DNA of 64,000 nucleotides, taken from NCBI GenBank assembly GCA_045613445.1, contig JAZLAZ010000026.1, forward strand, positions 2,674-66,673. The letters are read 5' to 3'. How positions within the stretch are numbered: the stretch's first letter is position 1; each line of letters starts with the position of its first letter. Below the pieces are notes generated by a model. That model searched no databases and was not told the DNA's origin. It saw only the letters and a list, made by a program, of their open reading frames with translations. Positions 30,381 through 39,490 of the stretch are shown in pieces. The stretch is from Candidatus Enterousia sp. Its GTDB lineage: Bacteria > Pseudomonadota > Alphaproteobacteria > Rs-D84. A program made the position numbers and the translations under genes.

Positions 30381-31716
30381 CTGCCATTAAACATTTTTTT
30401 ATATCGATTCTTTTTTCAATTCGTTGCCAGTAAACATATTGACATATCAAGTACTGTGACAAAGACTGTTTGTTATACACGCCTTCCAGTTCAGTAATGA
30501 TTGATTTGCAATCGATAGTTGAATCATCATCTGATTTGATGTCTTTTATAATTTTGAATGCATCATTATTTATGTCTGAAATCAATACATCTGGTAACAA
30601 TGATGTGCCTGCAGGTCTGATATCTAGTATTACTGCTCCAGATTGTCCATTGTTTAATGCGCCAGATGTTTGGTCGCGCATAGTTATATTTGAAGTGTAT
30701 AATGTTCCTGTTTCAATGCCCGATTTTGAATTATATGTCAAAGTATCTTCATCAATATAAACATCTTGTCCGCGTGTTGTTATCAGGTACGAAGATATGT
30801 CCAATCTTTCTGTGCTGAAATTGATATTGTTTGTCACAACAGAACCGCGTATATTCCAATTCGCAGGTCCCGTAAAAGAAGTGTGTCCTGCGGTCATAGA
30901 CAAATCATGAATTGAAACATCAAATGCTGTAAAATTACCAGTATCACCCAACATAGAAATTGATTTAACATTTGCAGTATCTGTATACAGCGTGCCGCGT
31001 GTCAGTGTCAATGCAGCTTCACCTGTTTTTGATTGAAATACACTTTTTTCTGCATTTATCTGTTTGATTTTGTTTCTTGCTTTTTTACCAGATTCTGTGC
31101 CAGATACAGACAATGTTCCAATTTCTGCGGATTCAAAATCACTGCGTACAGCAAATAAATTAGCAACATTATTGATTGAAAAATCACCCATGTCTAAATC
31201 AGTCAAGAAACCGCTGTTTTCAAGATTTGTTTCATTTCTGCGTACAACATCGGAAAAAATATCATTCAGTTCAATTCCGATATCAATCGCATCATCGTTT
31301 GGTGCTGCATAAAAACCAATTCTGCGTATCAGTTCCGCTTGTTGCAGTCCAGACAGCTTGCCACCTGTCAATTTAAGGTATGCAGATATCACAGATGGTG
31401 TTTTATGAATAATCAGTGCAATATCTTGACCCATTGGTGTTCTGGGAACAAAACCCAGTGGCAATCCATAAGGCTCCAGTATGTCTGCAAAATCATTGCC
31501 TGCAATAACGGTTGTATCATAAGATAGATTTTTTGAATTTTCACGAATAAAAATTCGTGCGGCTGTTTGTGCTGTTTCGATCTGACGCGTGGTTGCGAAC
31601 ATGCGTGTGTCAATATTTCTGTCGTTTAATTCGCGCGACAATATTGGGATAAAAGCAAATATCAATCCCAGTGCCAGCAGTGCTTGCAATAAAAAGTTCC
31701 CGCGTTCTTGGTGCAA
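30361..31716 (-). CDS. PilV-like minor type IV pilin, paralog 1
   Basis: GGAGG SD with TTG start; prepilin site G/NFLLQ; L.PYGLPLGF..RTPMGQ; FLTDLDMGDFSINNV; Cys-containing C-terminus. Confidence 0.68.
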   Translation of the reverse strand: MHQERGNFLLQALLALGLIFAFIPILSRELNDRNIDTRMFATTRQIETAQTAARIFIRENSKNLSYDTTVIAGNDFADILEPYGLPLGFVPRTPMGQDIALIIHKTPSVISAYLKLTGGKLSGLQQAELIRRIGFYAAPNDDAIDIGIELNDIFSDVVRRNETNLENSGFLTDLDMGDFSINNVANLFAVRSDFESAEIGTLSVSGTESGKKARNKIKQINAEKSVFQSKTGEAALTLTRGTLYTDTANVKSISMLGDTGNFTAFDVSIHDLSMTAGHTSFTGPANWNIRGSVVTNNINFSTERLDISSYLITTRGQDVYIDEDTLTYNSKSGIETGTLYTSNITMRDQTSGALNNGQSGAVILDIRPAGTSLLPDVLISDINNDAFKIIKDIKSDDDSTIDCKSIITELEGVYNKQSLSQYLICQYVYWQRIEKRIDIKKCLMAGGSGCI

Positions 31717-31862
31717 AATGCCCCCTCCTACTTATGTACAAGCATAGCAACAGAAAAAAATTATTGCAATCGCTTTTAAGATGATTTAATATCAATTCCG
31801 TTGAGTTTGATGATGTGTAAAAACGCATCGTCGCAGATAATTTCCTGTTAAAAAGAAAAGAT

Positions 31863-32168
31863 ATGCAAAATAAGAAAAATCAATCTTCTGTTGGACAGAT
31901 GATTCAGCGTTGCCATAAGTGGCGTCAAAAAAGAAAACAATACATTGATCAAGCGCGTCAGGTATCTGATGAAATTGAACGTGAACGCTTGTTGCAGACG
32001 GCGGAACATTATGGACGTATTGTCAGTGCAGAACAAGAAAAAATAGATTCAATACGCGATCCAAAAGAAAAAGCTGCTGCCGAAGCCGAAGTTTCTGCTG
32101 CTGAAAATGCCGAAAATGCAGATGACGAAGAAACAGGGTTTCCTGATTTTATAACTAATTTGAACTAA
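31863..32168 (+). CDS. DUF4167-like protein
   Basis: Y..QAR....E.ERE.LLQTAEHYGRI motif with an acidic tail, typical of the alphaproteobacterial DUF4167 family. Confidence 0.7.
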   Translation: MQNKKNQSSVGQMIQRCHKWRQKRKQYIDQARQVSDEIERERLLQTAEHYGRIVSAEQEKIDSIRDPKEKAAAEAEVSAAENAENADDEETGFPDFITNLN

Positions 32169-32174
32169 TGATTT

Positions 32175-32198
32175 AACGCATCTGTTTAGATGCGTTTT
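32175..32198 (+). terminator. intrinsic terminator
   Basis: AACGCATCT-GTTT-AGATGCGTTTT. Confidence 0.75.
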
Positions 32199-32253
32199 AT
32201 TTGTTGAAATTTCAGGTTGTTTTGCTATGCTACACCAAAAGGAAGATTACAGC

Positions 32254-33810
32254 ATGGATACGAATTATACAGTTTTAGCGCGCAAGTATCGCAGCCAAGA
32301 TTTTAAGTCACTTATCGGGCAAGATGTTTTGGTTAAAACATTGACAACTGCGATTGAAACATCGCGTATTGCACACGCATATATTTTTACGGGTATTCGT
32401 GGAACTGGTAAAACCAGTACTGCGCGTATTTTTGCCAAGGCGTTAAATTGTTTGTCTTCGGATCGTGCAACTGCGACGCCATGTGGAACATGTGAAAATT
32501 GTCGTGCAATTGCTGCGGGTCAGCATATTGATGTTATGGAAATTGACGCTGCGTCACATACTGGTGTTGATAATATGCGTGATATTTTGGATGCTGCGCA
32601 ATATCGTCCAACAAATGGTCGATACAAGGTATATATTATCGACGAAGTTCATATGTTGTCGACATCTGCATTTAACGCATTATTAAAAACACTGGAAGAA
32701 CCTCCTGCACATGTAATATTTATTTTGGCAACCACAGAAATCAGAAAAGTACCGGTTACAATTTTATCGCGTTGTCAGCGATTTGATTTGGCACGTGTTT
32801 CGATTGAAACATTGAAAAAGCACTTTGCATGGATTGCACAACAAGAAAATATTGAATTGACTGATGGTGCAAATGATTTGTTGGCGCGTGCTGCGGATGG
32901 TTCCGTTCGTGATGGATTATCTTTGTTGGATCAGGCGATTGCACAAACAGGTGGCCATGTTGACGAAGCGGCAACACTGGATATGTTAAAACGCGCAGAT
33001 CGTGTTGTTGTTGTTGAATTGATGAAAACTATATTATCTGGTGATGTTGCTGCTGCATTGGACAAGGTTGATGCGATATACAACAATGGTGCAGATTTAT
33101 CAATGTTGCTGACGGACATGATGGAATGGACGCATTGGGCAACACGTATGCATCCTGCGTTACATGCTGGTGCGACAAACAATTCGCCGTATACAGCGGA
33201 TCAACGTGAACAGATTTTGAATATCAATTCGCGAATATCTGTGAATACATTATCCAGAATATGGCAGGTTATGGTTGCAACTGTCCCAGAAATGCAGGCT
33301 GCCAGCAATCAAAAGCAGTGTTTTGATATGTTTATTATCAGGTGTATGCACATTGCAGATATGCCATCGATACCCGAACTATTAAAACAGCAAGAATCTG
33401 AAAATCGTGTTCGTGATGTAAAAAATATTTTGGCGGACAGAATATCAAATACACCATCAGAACCTGTGCGTCAAACATTGTGTATAACATGTGCAGCTGA
33501 TTTGGGTTCTGCGTTGCAGTCAACCAGGGAAATGCTATTATATTCTTATTTTAGCAGTAATATCGAAGTTTCTGAATTGTCAGATGGTGTGATTAAATAT
33601 TTTGATCGCAAAGGCGATGCAGATTTTGCACATAAATTGTCTGTGTGGTTATCTGATAAAACTGGTAAAACATGGGTTTTAACAAAACTGACAGAATCAA
33701 CAAATGCACAAACAATCTCTGAACAAAAACAAGAAGAGTTGGAATCTGATCCATTGGTTGCCAGTGCGATGAGTTTGTTTGAAAACGCAGAAATACTAGG
33801 GGTAAAATAA
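32254..33810 (+). CDS. dnaX: DNA polymerase III subunit gamma/tau
   Basis: YTVLARKYR, GIRGTGKTS, Zn-binding CGTCENC, IIDEVHMLS, SRCQRF; start 32254 follows AAGGAAG. Confidence 0.96.
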   Translation: MDTNYTVLARKYRSQDFKSLIGQDVLVKTLTTAIETSRIAHAYIFTGIRGTGKTSTARIFAKALNCLSSDRATATPCGTCENCRAIAAGQHIDVMEIDAASHTGVDNMRDILDAAQYRPTNGRYKVYIIDEVHMLSTSAFNALLKTLEEPPAHVIFILATTEIRKVPVTILSRCQRFDLARVSIETLKKHFAWIAQQENIELTDGANDLLARAADGSVRDGLSLLDQAIAQTGGHVDEAATLDMLKRADRVVVVELMKTILSGDVAAALDKVDAIYNNGADLSMLLTDMMEWTHWATRMHPALHAGATNNSPYTADQREQILNINSRISVNTLSRIWQVMVATVPEMQAASNQKQCFDMFIIRCMHIADMPSIPELLKQQESENRVRDVKNILADRISNTPSEPVRQTLCITCAADLGSALQSTREMLLYSYFSSNIEVSELSDGVIKYFDRKGDADFAHKLSVWLSDKTGKTWVLTKLTESTNAQTISEQKQEELESDPLVASAMSLFENAEILGVK

Positions 33811-34268
33811 TGAGATGTGAATCTGGTCGTTCTTTGATTGAAGTTATCGGTGTAATGGCGATTGCTGGTGTTATGACGGTGTCTGCGTTGGGTGTGTATA
33901 ACATGTTGCGCGCAAACCAGGCACGCAGTATTGCCAGTATTGAATTAAAACAGATTGCAGAAAACACAAAACTGTTACTAGAAATGCGTGGGTCTTATGA
34001 CGGTGTTTCTGTCAATTATTTGATTAAATCCGGTGCGTTGAAATCTGACAAAGCCCCATTGGGCGGTGATGACTGGTCTGTGACATCGGGTTTTGATGGA
34101 TTGACTTTTTCGATAAATCTGGTTGATTTAACAAATGGAGAATGTAATTATTTTGCATCTAAAAAACCGATATGGGCTAAAACCCTATTGGTAAACGGAT
34201 TTGAAACAGATGTTTCCAGCAACTGTTTTGACTCTGATACGAACCAGATATCATTTATTGTTGAATAA
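33810..34268 (+). CDS. type IV pilin, PilS-like
   Basis: ESG/RSLIEVIGVMAIAGV prepilin motif, 152 aa, C-terminal Cys pair; TAATG coupling to dnaX and to the next gene. Confidence 0.8.
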   Translation: MRCESGRSLIEVIGVMAIAGVMTVSALGVYNMLRANQARSIASIELKQIAENTKLLLEMRGSYDGVSVNYLIKSGALKSDKAPLGGDDWSVTSGFDGLTFSINLVDLTNGECNYFASKKPIWAKTLLVNGFETDVSSNCFDSDTNQISFIVE

Positions 34269-34942
34269 TGAAATTATGTAAAATAGTTTCTTTACTGTTT
34301 TTATTATACGGATGCGTTTCGTACAGCAGTCCGGATCGTGCTACATGGTCTGCATACTTGCACGGGGCCAGTTTTACAGATATGACAGAAATATCGCGTG
34401 TCGCAAAACGACCAGTCTATCTTGGTGCGGGCGGACAATTGATATCATCTGTTGTTGATTCTGATGGAAAAATGGAATACGGGGACAAGGTGTCAAACGA
34501 TAATTTATTAGCGCGTCAGTATATGTCAGCATTGGAATACGAACTGTATGATGCATTACGCAAACCCGGGATTTCTGTTCAACGCGCTGGTACAGATGTT
34601 ACGATTATTTTAGTGCGCGATGCGATAATGGAACTGTCTGTTGCGGATATATCGCAAACAGGCGATGATACATTAAAAACAATTGCGAAGATATTAAAGA
34701 AATACGACGCAACTTTCTTGGAAATTGCGGGCTATACAGATTCAATGCGCGATAAAAATGCGGCAAATGCATTATCACTGGATATGGCACAACGCGTTGG
34801 TGTTCATTTGTCACAACACGGTATAAATACTGCGCGTATGTTCATTGTTGGTCGTGGTGCTGCGCGTCCAATTGCTGCCCAGGATGATATTGGTCGTTTG
34901 ACCAATCGTCGTGTTGAAATCAGGCTTGCGCCAGCAAGATAA
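34268..34942 (+). CDS. OmpA-family lipoprotein (divergent)
   Basis: Lipobox LYGC; IAGYTDS..N.LS...A..V; GRG...PIA; NRRVEI. Confidence 0.8.
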   Translation: MKLCKIVSLLFLLYGCVSYSSPDRATWSAYLHGASFTDMTEISRVAKRPVYLGAGGQLISSVVDSDGKMEYGDKVSNDNLLARQYMSALEYELYDALRKPGISVQRAGTDVTIILVRDAIMELSVADISQTGDDTLKTIAKILKKYDATFLEIAGYTDSMRDKNAANALSLDMAQRVGVHLSQHGINTARMFIVGRGAARPIAAQDDIGRLTNRRVEIRLAPAR

Positions 34943-35010
34943 CTTTCCCTTTTCATTTTAATTTTTTATTGTTATAGTGTTTGCATAACAAAACACAAAA
35001 AGGATGGAAA

Positions 35011-35676
35011 ATGGTAAAAAAATCAAATGAACAATCACCTGTTAAACAGTATAAAAAGGCTGGCATAATTGCTGCTGCGGCATTGGTTGTTGCGGTATTG
35101 GGTGTATGGGCTGTGTCTGCATTAAATTCTGAAAAGACAACACCCGTATCTGCTGTTATCGAAGAAGTTTCGGAAAATGCAGCCAATGGTGCAAACATGC
35201 GCATTGCGGTTATTCGTATGGATGCGATACAATCAGACGCAAATGTGTTAAAGAATTTGCGTGAACAAAAAGAAAAATACGAAAATAAATTGCGTGATGA
35301 TTTGACTGCGCAGCAGAAAAAACTGGAAAAGGAAAAAGCAGAAATTGAAAAATCGCAGGATGTCTTGTCCCAAGAAGCGTTACAACGTCGCGTAATTGAC
35401 TATCAAAACAAGGTTACAAAGTTGCAACGTGATTTGACAGAACGTGCACAAAGTATCGAAGCGTCATATCAAAAAGCGTTGAACACAATTCAAACAAAAC
35501 ATTTGGATCCAATTATCGAAGGTGTAATTGATAAAAAGAATTTGTCTTTGGTAATTGATGGTCGTATGGCCCGCATGGGTGCGAACACTGGTGATTTAGA
35601 TATTACAAACGAAGTTGTCAAAGCGCTGGATAAAAAAGTATCCAAGGTTAAAATGGAAACACCAAAAGGTTTCTAA
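35011..35676 (+). CDS. skp: OmpH/Skp periplasmic chaperone
   Basis: IAVIRMD.I, long coiled coil, LVID, LDITNEVVKALD; N-terminal TM or signal. Confidence 0.8.
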   Translation: MVKKSNEQSPVKQYKKAGIIAAAALVVAVLGVWAVSALNSEKTTPVSAVIEEVSENAANGANMRIAVIRMDAIQSDANVLKNLREQKEKYENKLRDDLTAQQKKLEKEKAEIEKSQDVLSQEALQRRVIDYQNKVTKLQRDLTERAQSIEASYQKALNTIQTKHLDPIIEGVIDKKNLSLVIDGRMARMGANTGDLDITNEVVKALDKKVSKVKMETPKGF

Positions 35677-35678
35677 GT

Positions 35679-35704
35679 AAATCCCCCAAAACGGGGGATT
35701 TTTT
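35679..35704. terminator. bidirectional terminator
   Basis: AAATCCCC-CAAAAC-GGGGATTTTT. Confidence 0.8.
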
Positions 35705-35723
35705 ATTTTATCAGCATACTGTT

Positions 35724-36194
35724 TTAAATATATTTAATCAGTATTTCGCCGATGATAAATGATAATACTGAAACGATTGTGCATATTGCTAACATTTCCA
35801 GTGCGTGGCGCAGAAATGGTTTTTTGTGTGCGCGATAAATACACCAATTACAAACCAAGATAATTATAACAGCAACTATAAAAGATACTGTCAGCGCAAC
35901 TGTTGGAATTGTAATCAGAAAATACGGAATCAGCAGCAATATGCATGTTCCGATATATGCAATGCCTGTTAAAAATCCTGATGTGATTGCGTTGGGGTTA
36001 TTGTTTGTTTTTTCTGCCAGATAATTTGATGCACTCATTGACAGGCCTGCGGCCACAGATGCGATTGTTGCGGAAACGATTATATTATACCTGTCTGCCA
36101 TTGCAAAGGTTAGGCCTGCAATCATGCCGGTCAAAGATACCAATGCGTCATGCATCCCCAGTACAATTGCAGATGATTTATACTTTTGTTTCAT
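35724..36194 (-). CDS. VIT1/CCC1 family transporter
   Basis: IVLGMHDALV...G..AG, IASVAAGLSMSASNYL, LLLIPY. Confidence 0.85.
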   Translation of the reverse strand: MKQKYKSSAIVLGMHDALVSLTGMIAGLTFAMADRYNIIVSATIASVAAGLSMSASNYLAEKTNNNPNAITSGFLTGIAYIGTCILLLIPYFLITIPTVALTVSFIVAVIIILVCNWCIYRAHKKPFLRHALEMLAICTIVSVLSFIIGEILIKYI

Positions 36195-36306
36195 AAAATG
36201 ATGCTAGCACACAAGATGTTTACACAGCAACAGGAACAAAAGTCGGAAAATAAATAACAAAGGCTTTTATTGCATTGTTTTTTGTGATATAATAAACACC
36301 AAGAAA

Positions 36307-38730
36307 ATGAAAAAATTGCTGACTTGTTTTTTTGCAATTACGATGTTTGCACCCAGTGTTTACGCGGCTGATGGTGCTGTTTCGCGTGTAATTCCAACGG
36401 GTGAAAATGTAAAGGCTGGAACGACACATTCTATGTCGCGTTCATCTGTTTCGCGTGTTGCGGTTCGTGATGTTACGCAAACACAGTCTGCAACAGAAAA
36501 TAATATTCGCAGCACAGTATCACGTGTGTTTGCTGGTACACCTGCATCAGATACGGAAACGACAAAAAAGACTGTTTCTCGTGGTGGTGTTATTGCACGT
36601 CAATTGGGTATTGAAAAAACATCTGGTCGCGGATTGGATGCGGCGGTAAATACGGTTGGTCGCAATGAACGCGTTTCATCTGCCAGCATAAACAGCAATC
36701 CATCTGTTCGTCGTGCGGGACTGGTTTTGCGCCCAAGTACAGCAGAGGTTGGCGGTCGTGCCACAATTGGTGATACAGGGGTTCAAACAGGTTCAAATGT
36801 TGATGAACATGTGCGTTCTGTAAAATCGCGTGCAAGTAATGTTGCTGTCACAGCAGAAAGCATTCAAAATGCCAAAGAAATTCTGGAAAATACGGCTGAT
36901 TTGAACAAATCTTGCCAAGAACAATACAACGAATGTATGGATCAGTTTTGTGCAGTCGTTGATGCAAATCAAAAGCGTTGTTCTTGTTCGTCAAATATTA
37001 CAAAATATGCCAAGGTTGAACAGGCGGTCAAAGATGCAAATGTTCAGTTAAATGATGTTGCACAACGTATTCGTTATGTTGGTTTATCTGCTGATGAAAT
37101 TCGTGCCATTATGACCGAAACTGAGGCCGAAGAAGCGCTGTCTGGCACGCGCGATACATCTGAAACACGTGATATGTTGACTGAAATAGAAAAATTGATA
37201 CGCGACCCAAAATCATCAACGACATCATATTCGTCTGGCGACACTGGTTTTGGTTTGGATCTGGATTTGGATTTTTCATCAGACAGTGCAGATATGTTCA
37301 GCCTAGATTTCTTGAATACAGATAACAGCAGTAATTTATCTAACTTGCGTGGTGCAGAATTATACAGCGCTGCGAAAAAGCGTTGTAACACTGTATTAAA
37401 TGCATGTAAACAGGCAGGGTCTACGACCCAGCAAATTACTGGTAACTATGATCTGGCGATTGATAAAGACTGTATTGCATATGAACAAGGTCTGACCAAG
37501 ATGAACGAAACATTGGTTGGTAATGTTCGCAGTGCAAATTTAATGTTGCAAAAGGCGCGTTTGGCAGTATTGCAAAATAAAAATCAATATGATGCCAAGG
37601 GTTGCATTGGTGCGCTGGAAACATGTATGACAGATGATATGGTATGTGGCGAAGATTATTATAAATGTGTTGATCCAACCAAACAATATATCGATGAAAA
37701 CGGTAATGTTGTTTTGGGACAACGAATATCGGATATAACCGCATTTATGTCAACATATAATAATGCCGGTATAAATCAGGCATTCTTGACGAATGCATAT
37801 GGAACAACTATCGATGAAACTAGTTGCAAGAACAATAATGATGGTCGTTGTGTTGTAAAATACCTGTTGACCAAGATTGGCACAGGACAAAAGGTTACAG
37901 ACGAAGGATTGTGTCGCGCTGTTCTGGATAAATGTCAAAATTATACATATGATTCCGAAGGTAAGTATAAACCATATAATGATATTGTTGTAAATTATGT
38001 ACAGCGTGCGATGGTAAATATTCGTGCTGCACAGTACAACATTATTTCTGATTATGCGTCCAGTTGTATGGTTGATATTGCAAATTGTTATAATCAACAG
38101 GTAACACAGGTGAATTCTTGGTCTTCGTCGGCCAGTTTGAACAGTGTTTATAATGTAATGCGTGGTGCATGTCGCAATGTTGCATTGACATGTGCATATG
38201 CCGTTTTTGATAAGGCTGCAGATCCAAACCTGTGTGATAATGAAGAAAATTGTATCAATTCTGTATCTGAAATGTTCTATAACAGTTTATTGTGCGACGA
38301 TGGCAAGGTATATGACGCAGAAACGAAAAGTTGTATCGATCAGGAAATTGTATGGCGTGAATTGCCGGTGTATTATGGTGATAGTTCAGCTTCATCAGAA
38401 CCCGCGTTTACAACAGTTAAATGCAGAACGGACAAGTCGATAAATGTTGGATTGACAGATACACAAATACAAACAGCAATTGATAAAGAACTGTTTAGCG
38501 GGCCTGTTACGTCTGTCAAAGCAGCTGATTGGTATTTTTGTTACAGCGGGGTCAATGGTTTTGGAACAGAGTGCAAACAAAATACAAGTGACAATTGCGA
38601 ATATGATCCAACTGATCCAGATGAAAAAGTTGAAGAACCGATGCAATGTATTACGCCAATGGATGTGAATCTGTTGATTATAACGCCGGAATATTGTGAA
38701 TCTGGAAAAAGTTTGTTGTTACGTCCATAA
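36307..38730 (+). CDS. large exported cysteine-rich protein A
   Basis: Signal peptide, S/R/V/T-rich N-terminal region, about 30 Cys in recurring Cx6C..CGxDYxxC units. Confidence 0.75.
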   Translation: MKKLLTCFFAITMFAPSVYAADGAVSRVIPTGENVKAGTTHSMSRSSVSRVAVRDVTQTQSATENNIRSTVSRVFAGTPASDTETTKKTVSRGGVIARQLGIEKTSGRGLDAAVNTVGRNERVSSASINSNPSVRRAGLVLRPSTAEVGGRATIGDTGVQTGSNVDEHVRSVKSRASNVAVTAESIQNAKEILENTADLNKSCQEQYNECMDQFCAVVDANQKRCSCSSNITKYAKVEQAVKDANVQLNDVAQRIRYVGLSADEIRAIMTETEAEEALSGTRDTSETRDMLTEIEKLIRDPKSSTTSYSSGDTGFGLDLDLDFSSDSADMFSLDFLNTDNSSNLSNLRGAELYSAAKKRCNTVLNACKQAGSTTQQITGNYDLAIDKDCIAYEQGLTKMNETLVGNVRSANLMLQKARLAVLQNKNQYDAKGCIGALETCMTDDMVCGEDYYKCVDPTKQYIDENGNVVLGQRISDITAFMSTYNNAGINQAFLTNAYGTTIDETSCKNNNDGRCVVKYLLTKIGTGQKVTDEGLCRAVLDKCQNYTYDSEGKYKPYNDIVVNYVQRAMVNIRAAQYNIISDYASSCMVDIANCYNQQVTQVNSWSSSASLNSVYNVMRGACRNVALTCAYAVFDKAADPNLCDNEENCINSVSEMFYNSLLCDDGKVYDAETKSCIDQEIVWRELPVYYGDSSASSEPAFTTVKCRTDKSINVGLTDTQIQTAIDKELFSGPVTSVKAADWYFCYSGVNGFGTECKQNTSDNCEYDPTDPDEKVEEPMQCITPMDVNLLIITPEYCESGKSLLLRP

Positions 38731-38755
38731 AAAATCCCACTGTTGCGGGATTTTT
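38729..38755. terminator. bidirectional terminator
   Basis: AAAAATCCC..GGGATTTTTT between convergent genes. Confidence 0.7.
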
Positions 38756-39432
38756 TATTTTTTTATTTGTTCCATAAATTTGTTATGATTTTCCAATTCA
38801 TCTGCATCAATATCAAATGTTCTGTATGGGAAATTTGCGCCAATCTTTGGGTGTTTTAACATGGCAGCATGTTGTTGGGCGATTATTTCGTTTACATCTG
38901 GGGCAGGTGCTGTATTTTCCAGTTCCATGTAAACCTTGGCCAATATTTCCGAGTCAATCAATGCCCCGTGTGCATCGGCACGCGCTGTCAGTGATATTCC
39001 AAACCACTTTGCCAGCGCGTCCAGTGTATAGCTTTTTGGGCCAAACACACGATTTCTGGCAATTACAATCGAATCCAATTGTTGACTGCGTGGAATTTGT
39101 GGCAAATTCAGTTTTGCCAATTCATGATTGATAAATGGAAAGTCAAAGTCCAGTCCATTATGTGCAACAATTGGGCTGTCGCCAATAAATTCCAAGAATT
39201 TTGGCGCAACAACAGCCATTATTGGTTTATCTTCCAAAAATGCATTTGAAATTTTATGAACCATGTATGTATCTGGTGGAATAATTTTTCCTTCGGGATT
39301 TATGTATTCATGAAATGTATTATCAGTAATTTTGCCATCAACAATTTCAACGGCACCGATTTCAATACATCTGTCTCCGCGCATATAGTCAAATCCGGTT
39401 GTTTCAATGTCAAAGCAAATAATACGATTCAT
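38755..39432 (-). CDS. dnaQ: DNA polymerase III epsilon subunit
   Basis: FDIETTG (ExoI), IEIGAVE, VAHNGLDFD, TLDALA, HGALIDSEILA. Confidence 0.92.
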   Translation of the reverse strand: MNRIICFDIETTGFDYMRGDRCIEIGAVEIVDGKITDNTFHEYINPEGKIIPPDTYMVHKISNAFLEDKPIMAVVAPKFLEFIGDSPIVAHNGLDFDFPFINHELAKLNLPQIPRSQQLDSIVIARNRVFGPKSYTLDALAKWFGISLTARADAHGALIDSEILAKVYMELENTAPAPDVNEIIAQQHAAMLKHPKIGANFPYRTFDIDADELENHNKFMEQIKK

Positions 39433-39490
39433 AATTTTTCCGTTTCTTGATAATGATTGTTTGTGGTATTATAATAGATGCGTGAATTTA

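Noticed and set aside
27860-31716. Shufflon at the PilV-like genes
   Set aside because: All three are full-length genes with their own prepilin N-termini; no inverted partial cassettes, repeated crossover sites or recombinase were seen.
33420-33426. A-AAA-AAT in dnaX as a -1 frameshift site producing gamma
   Set aside because: In frame and roughly in the right region, but it lacks the AAG of the E. coli site and an obvious stimulatory hairpin; A runs are common in this AT-rich DNA.
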